In this document: piece by piece, positions 1-8,932 of the stretch
Layout of the letters: the number at the start of each line of letters is the position of its first letter
Position numbering within the stretch: position 1 is the stretch's first letter
Virus record (IMG/VR): IMGVR_UViG_3300021368_000782
Span: 1 to 61,454 of that record
From: a virus
Taxonomy: Duplodnaviria > Caudoviricetes
Reading direction: 5' to 3' (one strand)
Length of the DNA stretch: 61,454 nucleotides
Made by a program: the position numbers and the translations under genes
Notes under the pieces: generated by a model
The model's input: the letters and a program-made list of their open reading frames with translations, nothing else
Told to the model about the DNA's origin: nothing
Database searches by the model: none

Positions 1-103
1 TGATGTAACAATCTCAAGTCCGAACCTTTCTGTGTTCAAACACACTCGACTTGACCTCTGCTACTGGATCGCACTTGAACCTGACTCCACTTATGAATCG
101 TAA
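1..103 (+). CDS. gp45: sliding clamp, 3' end (partial)
   Basis: Frame from nt 2 reads DVTISSPNLSVFKHTRLDLCYWIALEPDSTYES*. WIALEPDS is the typical gp45 C-terminus, and the gene directly precedes gp44. Confidence 0.85.
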   Translation, partial: DVTISSPNLSVFKHTRLDLCYWIALEPDSTYES

Positions 104-1040
104 AAATTTCCTTTGGGTTGAACAATATCGTCCTCAAAAAGTTGAGGATTGTATTCTTTCTGATAATGTAAAAAATACCTTCCAGGAATTCGTTGAAAAG
201 GGAGAGATTCCGAATCTTCTCCTTTGTGGTCCTGCTGGTATTGGTAAAACAACAATTGCAAAAGCACTCTGTAACGAACTGGGTGTTGACTCTTATGTAA
301 TCAATGGATCCGATGAAGGACGATTTCTGGACACAGTACGAAATCAAGCAAAGAACTTTGCTTCGACCGTTTCGCTTCAAGGAAATGGTAAACCAAAAGT
401 CATCATTATTGACGAAGCTGACAACACAACCAATGATGTACAACTCCTCCTTAGGGCGAATATTGAGGCGTTTCATAGCAACTGCCGATTCATCTTCACC
501 TGCAACTACAAAAACAAAATCATCGAACCCCTCCACAGTCGATGTGCCGTCTTTGACTTTACTTTCAAAGGCAGAGAAAGAGCGTCTGTTGCATCAAAAT
601 TCTTTACGAGAGTCCAGAATATCCTCCGTGAAGAACAGGTTGAGTTTGATCCCAAGGTTGTTGCGGAAGTTGTCCAAAACTATTTCCCAGATTTCCGAAG
701 AACGCTGAATGAGTTGCAGAGATATTCTGCATGTGGTAAAATTGATTCTGGTATTCTGACTACAATGTCAGAAGTCAATCTCACTGGTCTTATGGGATCA
801 TTGAAGTCTAAAGACTTTTCTGGTGTTCGTAAGTGGGTTGTTGACAATCTGGACAATGATGTGACGGTGGTAATTCGTAAAGTCTATGACTCTCTTTACA
901 ATGCACTTGAACCAATGTCTGTTCCGCAAGCTGTTCTGATTATTGCTAAATATCAGTATCAGGCTGCATTCGCTGCAGATCAAGAGATCAACACTCTTGC
1001 TTGCTTTACTGAAATTATGTGTGATTGTAAATTCAAATGA
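93..1040 (+). CDS. gp44: clamp loader large subunit (AAA+)
   Basis: LWVEQYRP, Walker A GPAGIGKT, Walker B IIIDEAD and SRC motif. ATG at 93 is the likely start. Confidence 0.97.
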   Translation: MNRKNFLWVEQYRPQKVEDCILSDNVKNTFQEFVEKGEIPNLLLCGPAGIGKTTIAKALCNELGVDSYVINGSDEGRFLDTVRNQAKNFASTVSLQGNGKPKVIIIDEADNTTNDVQLLLRANIEAFHSNCRFIFTCNYKNKIIEPLHSRCAVFDFTFKGRERASVASKFFTRVQNILREEQVEFDPKVVAEVVQNYFPDFRRTLNELQRYSACGKIDSGILTTMSEVNLTGLMGSLKSKDFSGVRKWVVDNLDNDVTVVIRKVYDSLYNALEPMSVPQAVLIIAKYQYQAAFAADQEINTLACFTEIMCDCKFK

Positions 1041-2152
1041 TCTTGACCCCAGAAGATACTCTTTATGCCTATGGTAAAATCCACGAAGCATATGATGGAG
1101 TACAACGTATTGATGACTATTTTCGTATGAAGAAGATGGAGAGGATCGACAAGATTCCTACTCCTCTTTTTGGTATGTCGATGGAAGATGAACTCTTTCA
1201 GAACTATGACATGGATCCGAATGACATGAACTTCAGGATCTTGTCACCTGATCATGAAACCTTCAATACACTTCTGGAAATGACCGCCTCGTTCACCTAC
1301 GAGGATGCTCCTGGTAAGGAGATGAAATTGATGATCCAGGAAACGACCACAGGCAAGGTTGTAGGGTTCATCAAACTGGGTTCACCTATCATCAACTCAA
1401 AACCAAGGAACGAGTACCTTGGAGGGGTGCCTGACCTCACCATTTTCAACAAGCGTGCGATTATGGGATTTATCATTGTCCCAGTTCAACCGTTTGGGTA
1501 TAACTATCTTGGTGGTAAACTGTTGTCTCTAATTTGTGCGAGTCACGAAGTTAGACAAATGCTAAATAAGAAGTACAACACAGAGATGTGTTTGTTTGAG
1601 ACTACATCTTTGTATGGAAACATCAAAGGTACTAGTCAATATGATGGTCTGAAACCCTATGTCAAATATCTTGGTGATACTGATTCTAAGTTTCTACTGA
1701 CGCTTCCTGATTTCATCTATCATGATCTACATAAATGGTTCATTGAAAAGAATGATGGTGAACAATTGATTCACAAAGGTGCTTCTAGTAGAAAACTCAA
1801 AGTGCAGACGAAGATGGTTTCTATCATTCGTAATTCTTTGAAGGAACATCATCCAGATAAGTTTGTTGAGTTCAAGCAGTTTATTGAAAGTCGTCAGGAT
1901 GTAACTACCAAGAAAAGGTTTTACATGTCTGACTATGGATATGAAAATGTCAGAGAAGTTCTGCTAGGAAAGACAGATAAACTAGTTGAAAACAAGATTA
2001 ACTTTGACAAATTTTATCTAGAAAATATGGTAAAATGGTGGAAGAATAAAGCATCTAAAAGGTATACCAAACTCAAGAAGGAAGGTACACTTCGTACAGA
2101 AATTGAGGTATGGAACGCCAAAACATTGAACACGATTGATATTATCAGATGA
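1037..2152 (+). CDS. DUF4338 (DruA-like) protein
   Basis: PFGYNYLGGKLL and ETTSLYG..SQY motifs, recalled as typical of DUF4338. Overlaps the gp44 stop (ATGA). Confidence 0.7.
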   Translation: MILTPEDTLYAYGKIHEAYDGVQRIDDYFRMKKMERIDKIPTPLFGMSMEDELFQNYDMDPNDMNFRILSPDHETFNTLLEMTASFTYEDAPGKEMKLMIQETTTGKVVGFIKLGSPIINSKPRNEYLGGVPDLTIFNKRAIMGFIIVPVQPFGYNYLGGKLLSLICASHEVRQMLNKKYNTEMCLFETTSLYGNIKGTSQYDGLKPYVKYLGDTDSKFLLTLPDFIYHDLHKWFIEKNDGEQLIHKGASSRKLKVQTKMVSIIRNSLKEHHPDKFVEFKQFIESRQDVTTKKRFYMSDYGYENVREVLLGKTDKLVENKINFDKFYLENMVKWWKNKASKRYTKLKKEGTLRTEIEVWNAKTLNTIDIIR

Positions 2153-3492
2153 ACTTAACTTCCTTTCTAACCGACGATGTTCAGCACAAAAAAACTATCC
2201 GTATTCTTGTCTATCCTAACATCACGTTTTCAAAGGACCTGACGAAAGATAGTTATATTCAGGTGATCACTAACATGATCGCCGAACTCAATAACATCAG
2301 AGATGATCTGTTCTTCTATTTGATCCTCCCTGAGTATTTGAAGTGTCTTGATTTTCCAAATACAAAACAGTATTTCATGAAAGTGCCGACGTATCCACCC
2401 ACGATGCGTTCTCACTTTGATGTGTTTCAGTTCAAGAAAATTGTGGGACACGATATTGATATTGACTTGGTATTCTCTCATCTTCCAGAACATACACATG
2501 ATGTCAAGAATGTGATCAGCAATGTGACTCATCACACTCCTGCTTACTTTGGATATTCACATTGGTTTGACTTGGATGAAGTTGTGACTTGGAGTCACCC
2601 AAGTTTCAACCAAAACATGCTTGGTATTCTGAATATGAATCGGTGTTTTATCAACACTCAATCACAGAAAGATCTTGTTCTGAATCAAGCAATGGAAGTA
2701 TTCAATAGAAATACTGTTGGTGCCCTCGATGAAATCCTCACTGTACAGCATCTAGGCGTTCGTAGAAGAGACATTGATAGATCTATTGTACCTTATCGCA
2801 AGACAATCGTATTTAACCATCGTCCAGAGACATATAAGGACTATAAGAATTTCATGAGTATCATGAAAGAACTGAGAAAACAACGTCAAGATTTCAACGT
2901 CTGGGTTCCTTTACTTGAAAAATCTACAGAGAGTTGGATCTCTACTGAAAAGTTTGATAAGAAAGGATACTACAACAAACTATCTGAGTGCTGTGTTGGA
3001 TTCTCTCCAAAGCAATTGTATGGTGGATGGAGTGTTTCTACTACAGATGGATTAATGAATGGTTGTCCTTTCATCATGTATGATGCTGATTACTATCATG
3101 AACTAAATCCAACTGCTGACTTCTTCTCCAATAATGGTGAAGCAATTACTTTGTTGCATAAGTATCTCGATGATCCAACCTATCGTGCAAGTAAGTCTGT
3201 TGAATCTATACATTACTTGGAAGAAAGTCTTTTGTATGAAGATGAGATTGGAATGATGAGTGAATATATTGATGATCTGGTTGGTACTTTGAAGAGCACT
3301 GATTCGGAAGTTACTGATAAACTTGTAAACTTGATTCGTGAGAATGGTTCGATGACAAAGAAAGAATTGTTTGGCGAACATCTTGGTTGGGGACGTGGAA
3401 TTAAGTATGGTCCCTATCGTCGTGCCCTATTGAATCATCCCAACATTTATGATACAATGGGTCCTGAACCTGAATACTGTTGGGTTGAATGA
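2149..3492 (+). CDS. GT-B fold glycosyltransferase with possible C-terminal winged-helix
   Basis: IVFNHR...K motif and GGWSVSTTDGLMNGCPFI, which resembles the GT4 nucleotide-sugar motif. Translationally coupled to the DUF4338 gene. Confidence 0.7.
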   Translation: MNLTSFLTDDVQHKKTIRILVYPNITFSKDLTKDSYIQVITNMIAELNNIRDDLFFYLILPEYLKCLDFPNTKQYFMKVPTYPPTMRSHFDVFQFKKIVGHDIDIDLVFSHLPEHTHDVKNVISNVTHHTPAYFGYSHWFDLDEVVTWSHPSFNQNMLGILNMNRCFINTQSQKDLVLNQAMEVFNRNTVGALDEILTVQHLGVRRRDIDRSIVPYRKTIVFNHRPETYKDYKNFMSIMKELRKQRQDFNVWVPLLEKSTESWISTEKFDKKGYYNKLSECCVGFSPKQLYGGWSVSTTDGLMNGCPFIMYDADYYHELNPTADFFSNNGEAITLLHKYLDDPTYRASKSVESIHYLEESLLYEDEIGMMSEYIDDLVGTLKSTDSEVTDKLVNLIRENGSMTKKELFGEHLGWGRGIKYGPYRRALLNHPNIYDTMGPEPEYCWVE

Positions 3493-3653
3493 AGAAGTTT
3501 GCTCGTATTTGGAAGTATAGTCTAGGGAGTTTTTCTGATGACAAAACCCACCGATATGACAACTACGTTGTTTTGGTACGGACTGCTATATTTCTTTCTT
3601 ATCTCATTACTAATTGTTTTATTATTGCAGGAGTGATTCGACATTGGAACTAA
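3489..3653 (+). CDS. small membrane hypothetical protein (54 aa)
   Basis: MKKFARIWKYSLGSFSDDKTHRYDNYVVLVRTAIFLSYLITNCFIIAGVIRHWN*. Overlaps both neighbours; below the ORF track cutoff. Confidence 0.75.
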   Translation: MKKFARIWKYSLGSFSDDKTHRYDNYVVLVRTAIFLSYLITNCFIIAGVIRHWN

Positions 3654-4018
3654 AAGACTGGCTCAACAGCATCAACACAACAAAGAAAAATCTTCTGGAT
3701 GAAGATCCAACATTGAAGTATCCAGCATTCATCATCAACAGATGTATGTCTGGTCACATCGACACGATCCTTCTTGCGAACGAGATGAACGTTCAGAATC
3801 ATCTAGATCCCAAGTTACAATATGACTTTTTTATAAATATTGTGAGACCAAAAAAGCGCTTCGCGCCCTGGTTGAGAAAAGACAAACTCAATTCGCTAGA
3901 ATTGGTCAAAGAATATTATGGATACAGTGATGAAAAAGCACGTGTAGCTCTAAAGATCTTGACCGATGAACAATTAAATTACATCGCTAAAAGAATGGAT
4001 CGTGGAGGGAAAAGATGA
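3644..4018 (+). CDS. gp62: clamp loader small subunit
   Basis: TTG start giving (M)ELKDWLNSIN, YPAFIINR, LVKEYYGYS. Lies just before regA. Confidence 0.92.
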   Translation: MELKDWLNSINTTKKNLLDEDPTLKYPAFIINRCMSGHIDTILLANEMNVQNHLDPKLQYDFFINIVRPKKRFAPWLRKDKLNSLELVKEYYGYSDEKARVALKILTDEQLNYIAKRMDRGGKR

Positions 4019-4434
4019 GTGCTGAAATCGAAATTAAATGGGCACCTGACCAAATGGTCGAAGTCACTCTGAATGAACCAGATGACTTTTTGAAGGTACG
4101 CGAAACTTTAACTCGTATCGGAGTTGCGTCTCGCAAAGAAAAGAAATTGTATCAGTCTTGCCATATTCTGCACAAGCAAGGCAAATACTATATCGTTCAC
4201 TTCAAAGAACTTTTTGCTCTAGATGGAAAGAGGGCAAATCTTTTTGAGAATGATGTACAACGTAGAAACAGAGTTACTCAGTTATTGTCTGACTGGGGAC
4301 TTGTAAATATTGTAGACAAAGAAAGAGTCCAAGACTCTGCACCCTTAAGTCAAATTAAGGTGCTGTCCTATAAGGACAAAGGAGACTGGACTCTTGAAAG
4401 TAAGTATAATATTGGTAAGAAAAAGACTGCTTAA
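4015..4434 (+). CDS. regA: translational repressor RegA
   Basis: DDFLKVRETLTRIG, LYQSCHILHKQG, YIVHFKELFALDG. Confidence 0.97.
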   Translation: MSAEIEIKWAPDQMVEVTLNEPDDFLKVRETLTRIGVASRKEKKLYQSCHILHKQGKYYIVHFKELFALDGKRANLFENDVQRRNRVTQLLSDWGLVNIVDKERVQDSAPLSQIKVLSYKDKGDWTLESKYNIGKKKTA

Positions 4435-4481
4435 CAGTCAATATCCATCTTTAAATAACATATAGTCTTATTAAAAGAAAC

Positions 4482-5039
4482 TCAACAATCATTAAATACG
4501 GAGCCAACTTCAGCACCAATTTCAGACCCTGCTTGCTGTCCTAGTAACATTGCCCATCCACCTGCTAACCATCCAACATAAGGGATGCTAGAGACTGCTG
4601 GGACTACTAGACCAGCACTAATTGCGGTTCCCGCCATTGCACCTTGAGATCGTGCTCCAGCGTCCGCCCGAATACACTCTTCGCTTTTTGCAAGGTGCTT
4701 TCCCTCAGCGTCTGAGACGCTACCTCCGATATTACGAGTACCATCCATAGTGTATTGATCGTGACGATACTCACGACGTTTTTCTTCAGTAGGACCAAAA
4801 AGTCCTCTCTTATGTTTGTCCAACTCTAGAGTTTTATTTGATTCTAGAATCGTAGGATCGTTTGCTTTATATTCAATACTATAACCATTCCTATCAGATT
4901 GCATCTTGTATGATGAATAATCTCCCTTAGGAAAATTAATTACAGGTAATTGCGGTCTGTTGATAACATATCCCAACAGACCTATATGAGCAATACCTAT
5001 TAACGATCCAACACCTAGTAGTGTCCATTTAAAGTTCAT
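4482..5039 (-). CDS. hypothetical membrane protein with glycine-zipper-like C-terminus
   Basis: 185 aa ORF, N-terminal hydrophobic helix, Gly/Ala-rich C-terminus. Confidence 0.75.
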   Translation of the reverse strand: MNFKWTLLGVGSLIGIAHIGLLGYVINRPQLPVINFPKGDYSSYKMQSDRNGYSIEYKANDPTILESNKTLELDKHKRGLFGPTEEKRREYRHDQYTMDGTRNIGGSVSDAEGKHLAKSEECIRADAGARSQGAMAGTAISAGLVVPAVSSIPYVGWLAGGWAMLLGQQAGSEIGAEVGSVFNDC

Positions 5040-5041
5040 GA

Positions 5042-5488
5042 TTACATTTTGTAAGTGTCATCTGTAGTAATCTTCAGTGGTGCTTGTTCAATTCTAATTG
5101 TTTGAGCAGGACCAGAAGATTTTGCAGCTTCGATTAGTTTTTCTAAATCTGCTTTAGTGATACCACCTGCAGCAGTTGCAGCGTTTGCACCATTCATTTT
5201 CATAGTTCCGTCACCAGACTTCTTAGCAGTCTGGACGCCGAACGTAGCTAACACACCAGTAAAGACTGATGCTATGAAAGTCGGGTCAAGATCTTGTTCA
5301 GGGAACTGAAGTGCTTTAGGAAGATCTACATAAGCTAAAGTTAGAATACCACCAGACCATATCAAAATTCCTAACCTAACGAAGGTAGACAAGATTGCTA
5401 GTTGTTCTTCCTTGTCTTCAGATGCCTCTTTAAGTTTACCGAAGATACCTTTCTTTTTAGGTTCTTCCTGTTTTACTTCTTCAGTCAT
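5042..5488 (-). CDS. hypothetical membrane protein
   Basis: 148 aa ORF with two TM segments (DPTFIASVFTGVLATFGV). Confidence 0.8.
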   Translation of the reverse strand: MTEEVKQEEPKKKGIFGKLKEASEDKEEQLAILSTFVRLGILIWSGGILTLAYVDLPKALQFPEQDLDPTFIASVFTGVLATFGVQTAKKSGDGTMKMNGANAATAAGGITKADLEKLIEAAKSSGPAQTIRIEQAPLKITTDDTYKM

Positions 5489-5509
5489 TCGATACAGAGT
5501 AAGGCTCTG

Positions 5510-5695
5510 CTATTTAGTTGTTCCTTCGTCTAAAAAGTATTCTGGTAGTGGACACCCTTTGAAATCGTTGATCTCATCTACAGCAAGTACAAACATAGTA
5601 CAAAATCCAACACAGAACGCGAATAACATTTGAGGAAAATTATAGTTCCCCATATGTGCAGTGGGATCAGGTTCATCATCATGAGGATGAATCAT
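5510..5695 (-). CDS. hypothetical protein
   Basis: MIHPHDD...GCPLPEYF; start uncertain. Confidence 0.55.
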   Translation of the reverse strand: MIHPHDDEPDPTAHMGNYNFPQMLFAFCVGFCTMFVLAVDEINDFKGCPLPEYFLDEGTTK

Positions 5696-5891
5696 CTTTG
5701 CGATCTCCTCTGATCGCTTTTTCGATTTGTCGCCTAACTCTGTCTCTTGCTTCTGGCGATTCGGTTTCTTTTCGGGAGTAGCCATGTTTCTGATGGAAAA
5801 TGAAATGACCTTGACAGAACATAGTAACCCCAAATATTAGGGCAAGAACTATGCCTATCCACTCGATTATTATAACGTTATTTTCAACCAT
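5679..5891 (-). CDS. hypothetical membrane protein
   Basis: 70 aa, TM helix, within a tightly packed minus-strand operon. Confidence 0.65.
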   Translation of the reverse strand: MVENNVIIIEWIGIVLALIFGVTMFCQGHFIFHQKHGYSRKETESPEARDRVRRQIEKAIRGDRKDDSSS

Positions 5892-6061
5892 GGTAGTAGG
5901 GGTGGAATTACTCCAATAAGTCGAAGGAGACCTTCAGCAAAAAGTGCAAGAACAACCCAGCCAACACACATTGAAATAATCGAAGCATTACGATTATGTT
6001 GTCGTATTGCATCTGCAATTAATACCTCCACTTCTTCTTTACTAATTGGTGTGTTACTCAT
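5870..6061 (-). CDS. hypothetical membrane protein
   Basis: MSNTPISKEEV...HNRNASIISMCVGWVVLALFAEGLLRLIG. Confidence 0.7.
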   Translation of the reverse strand: MSNTPISKEEVEVLIADAIRQHNRNASIISMCVGWVVLALFAEGLLRLIGVIPPLLPWLKITL

Positions 6062-6221
6062 TTTCGTCGTAGTCATAAGTTAAACGGCAGTCCCAAACAT
6101 GGTCTTCTTCCCATTCTGGTTCATACAATGGACAAGGTTCCTCGAATAGATGTGCCATTCTTAGTTGTTTAATTCGTTCTTTAAGTTGTTTATAAAATTC
6201 TCTTTTTTCGTCTGGACTCAT
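6054..6221 (-). CDS. hypothetical protein (55 aa)
   Basis: MSPDEKREFYKQLKERIKQLRMAHLFEEPCPLYEPEW...; overlaps both neighbours. Confidence 0.7.
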   Translation of the reverse strand: MSPDEKREFYKQLKERIKQLRMAHLFEEPCPLYEPEWEEDHVWDCRLTYDYDENE

Positions 6222-6388
6222 TGAGAGTATTCTCCGAGCATGTCTAGTATATCGTTTAATGTTTCGTTTGCAATATGCAACTGTGAATCGTTATAACTAT
6301 GATACTTACCATGACGATCATGAACTTGATTTTTCAACTTGTAGACTCTTGCAAGCATGTCAACTTTGCTGAGGATTCCACGGGGCAT
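6218..6388 (-). CDS. hypothetical protein
   Basis: MPRGILSKVDMLARVYKLK... Confidence 0.7.
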   Translation of the reverse strand: MPRGILSKVDMLARVYKLKNQVHDRHGKYHSYNDSQLHIANETLNDILDMLGEYSQ

Positions 6389-6449
6389 ACCAAATAATAT
6401 AAAGTACACTATTTATTAGTATAATACAAATATTTTGAAACTGTGACAT

Positions 6450-6502
6450 AAAAAAGGGGTCTTCTGGATTTTGCCAGAGACCCCTTTATGCGGCGACGAT
6501 AT
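6450..6502 (-). ncRNA. putative ~50 nt small RNA / terminator hairpin
   Basis: Minus-strand late promoter TAAATA (6507-6512), then AUCGUCGCCGCA and a long GC hairpin ending in a U-tract; no ORF. Confidence 0.45.
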
Positions 6503-6546
6503 AAATTATTTATGGTGTTGTGAAGTTTAATTCAATGGGTGGTGGA

Positions 6547-6630
6547 TTAGGGTAGTACGCTGGCGATTGGAACACCGATAAAAAGAGTCATTGTGGTTCC
6601 AATTACTAGAGTGGCGGCTGTTAAGTTCAT
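6547..6630 (-). CDS. 27-aa hydrophobic peptide
   Basis: MNLTAATLVIGTTMTLFIGVPIASVLP* with a GGAGG RBS. Confidence 0.6.
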   Translation of the reverse strand: MNLTAATLVIGTTMTLFIGVPIASVLP

Positions 6631-6690
6631 AAGTCGTCCTCCATAAGTACATAACTATATATCATTTTTGTATAGCAGTGATACAAAAAG

Positions 6691-6704
6691 GTATCATTAA
6701 CTAC
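6691..6704. promoter_or_regulatory. NtcA-type box
   Basis: GTA-tcattaac-TAC (GTA-N8-TAC). A GTA-N9-TAC palindrome also sits at 6670-6684. Confidence 0.5.
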
Positions 6705-6721
6705 CTACAATTGTTAATAAA

Positions 6722-7168
6722 TCAAGAAATTTCATAGATTTTTAACTTCTGATGATCTGGAACAATCTTCTGCAACTTAATAATCAACATACCATTAGTA
6801 AATTCAACTCCTTCAATTTCTACATCATCAGCTAAATTAAAACCTCTCGCGAAGGTACGGGTTGCAACCCCACGGTGCATATACTCTTCATCTCCCGTTG
6901 TCTTCGCAGACTTGGACTTGACGAACAAAACATTGGATTCGGTGCTTACTTCAATGTCTTCTGGTGCCCATCCAGCCAGTGCCATTTCGATCCTCCATTT
7001 AACCTCTGATTCTTTTACTAGGTTATAAGGTGGATACGCTTCGTTTACAGATCCCATTCCATAAGAATGTAGTCTGTACATCAGATCATCTAGACCTACA
7101 CTGTATCTCTCTGTAGCGTCTACTACGGCATTAAGATCTTTTGCCGTGAACTTTCTAAGTCCCGTCAT
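6722..7168 (-). CDS. hsp20: small heat shock protein
   Basis: YPPYNL, EMALAGW, HRGVATRTFARGF, NGMLII. Confidence 0.95.
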   Translation of the reverse strand: MTGLRKFTAKDLNAVVDATERYSVGLDDLMYRLHSYGMGSVNEAYPPYNLVKESEVKWRIEMALAGWAPEDIEVSTESNVLFVKSKSAKTTGDEEYMHRGVATRTFARGFNLADDVEIEGVEFTNGMLIIKLQKIVPDHQKLKIYEIS

Positions 7169-7232
7169 TTGTTATGCTCCTTAAATAAGCGAGTTTGATT
7201 TTGTGATCCCCGAAGGCAATCACAGTTATTTA
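7169..7232 (-). promoter_or_regulatory. hsp20 leader with ROSE-like SD-occluding hairpin
   Basis: TAAATA, then a UUCG hairpin, then CUCGCUU-auuu-AAGGAG, placing a bulged G opposite the SD. Confidence 0.55.
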
Positions 7233-7341
7233 GACTATAACACACAAATTTAGAATTAGTGTTATCCACACTACAAAGTGGTGTCTTCCGTAAAGAAATC
7301 TTGGTCTAAATAAATATAGGTCTTATTATAGATGAAAAACA

Positions 7342-7836
7342 ATGAGGAAATTTATTCCTTTCATGATGATTCTGATGACCGCTGGTGCCGCACAGGCTGG
7401 CGGACTTGTTACTAAACATGCATCTAGCGTTCAATTGACTGTTGACGCGGCTAGATCTACTGCCACAAGAGTTGGTTCTTCCTACGCCATCTCTGGCTCG
7501 GGTGTAAATACTACAGACGGAACCACTGCAGGGACAATTTCTGCAGGGACTATTTCCTCTGGTCTTCTTGCTCCTGGTAACATCTCAGCAACACAAGCTA
7601 CTGATGGAAATGCATTTAGCTTCAGTCAGTCGTTTACACAAGGTGATGCAATCCCAACTGCAGCTCCTACTACAGGTACTGTACCTAACTTCTCTTCATT
7701 GACAAGTTATACTGCTGGTGATAAGACAGGGTTAGCAGGTACTGTAGGTACTAGTGGTGCCCTTACCGTAACCGCAGGTGGAGCTGGTACTACTGCTACA
7801 GGACAATTTGTCTCTGAGATCACTGTAATTGATTGA
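7342..7836 (+). CDS. secreted/structural hypothetical protein, Gly/Thr/Ser-rich
   Basis: Signal peptide AQA; late promoter TAAATA at about 7307-7316. Confidence 0.8.
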   Translation: MRKFIPFMMILMTAGAAQAGGLVTKHASSVQLTVDAARSTATRVGSSYAISGSGVNTTDGTTAGTISAGTISSGLLAPGNISATQATDGNAFSFSQSFTQGDAIPTAAPTTGTVPNFSSLTSYTAGDKTGLAGTVGTSGALTVTAGGAGTTATGQFVSEITVID

Positions 7837-8294
7837 GGACGTTCGTAATGACGACTTCTGGAAAGATGAAGTGGTCTATTGTGACGAGTGTGGTGGCAAT
7901 CCTAAGTTTAGGTGCCACCGCCCAGGCAGTCCCCGTTGTGCCCAACTTTACTCAGGGCTCCATGACGAGCCACACGGAGACGACGAGCAAGATCACTGAG
8001 ACCATAAATTCTATGGACTACAACACAGGGTATCAATACTCTGCAACTGGTTCAGGAGTGACGGCGAGTGGCAACCTGTCACCTACGACAGGTAGTAACA
8101 ATGTAACTATTAATGGCGTGACATCATCATGGACAGGTATAACAAACAAACCAAGTTTCACACAAACAACACCAGGGGCAGCGTTCCAGTTCACGGAGAC
8201 GTACTCAGGCCCAGGTCTCAGCAACCACACAATTATAAACAGGGTGACCGAAGTTACAAGCGTAACCGACACCACAAGTATCTTCCAGCAATAA
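7833..8294 (+). CDS. secreted hypothetical protein, Thr-rich
   Basis: Signal peptide AQA-VPVVPNF; start may be the ATG at 7848. Confidence 0.8.
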   Translation: MRTFVMTTSGKMKWSIVTSVVAILSLGATAQAVPVVPNFTQGSMTSHTETTSKITETINSMDYNTGYQYSATGSGVTASGNLSPTTGSNNVTINGVTSSWTGITNKPSFTQTTPGAAFQFTETYSGPGLSNHTIINRVTEVTSVTDTTSIFQQ

Positions 8295-8929
8295 TCCTAT
8301 GTCTAACCAACCTTGCGACTGTCCCTGCCACACTGGCGGAAACTGTAGGGGGTGTAAGTGCAACAGCCGCGCCCGTAGCTAATAGTTCAGGCTCAGTCAC
8401 AAATCAAGCCATTCAGGTTCTTCAGGGGCCCTATATTACTAACACATATGGGGCGGGAATCCAGTGTCAAGGTCCCACTGTCAACTTTACGCCGTATGTA
8501 ACTGGGGCATTTAGTCAACAACATCCATATGAACCATACTGGGATAGTCCTGTCTATGACATGACTACCGATGACGATGGCAATTTAAACAACCCAGGGG
8601 ATATTTTATATTACGTTCCTACAAGGACTGGACAGAAAAACAATACAAACATATCAGTAGGTTTCTCTGCTACATGGTCTCGTCCATTAGATAAGAAGTT
8701 ACAAGACCAATGTAAACAAGCTGCTGCAGCGAATATCGCATTGATGCAACAACAACAAGCTAATAAACGCCTTGATTTTGAGATAGCTCGTCTCAAGAAT
8801 TGTGGCGAATTGTTAAAAAAAGGAATTAGATTTGCTCCTGGTACAAAGTATGCTCGTATCTGTGAGGATGTACAAGTTCAAAGTGTGAACTTTATGGTTC
8901 CACATACTCATAATATTCCTAAACCTTGA
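8129..8929 (+). CDS. secreted hypothetical protein
   Basis: Long ORF; the true start is probably downstream, near the hydrophobic KYLPAIILCL segment. Confidence 0.75.
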   Translation: MDRYNKQTKFHTNNTRGSVPVHGDVLRPRSQQPHNYKQGDRSYKRNRHHKYLPAIILCLTNLATVPATLAETVGGVSATAAPVANSSGSVTNQAIQVLQGPYITNTYGAGIQCQGPTVNFTPYVTGAFSQQHPYEPYWDSPVYDMTTDDDGNLNNPGDILYYVPTRTGQKNNTNISVGFSATWSRPLDKKLQDQCKQAAAANIALMQQQQANKRLDFEIARLKNCGELLKKGIRFAPGTKYARICEDVQVQSVNFMVPHTHNIPKP

Positions 8930-8932
8930 TTC

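Noticed and set aside
1037-2152. Complete Druantia defence system
   Set aside because: No DruE helicase or other dru genes are present; only the DUF4338-like domain is.
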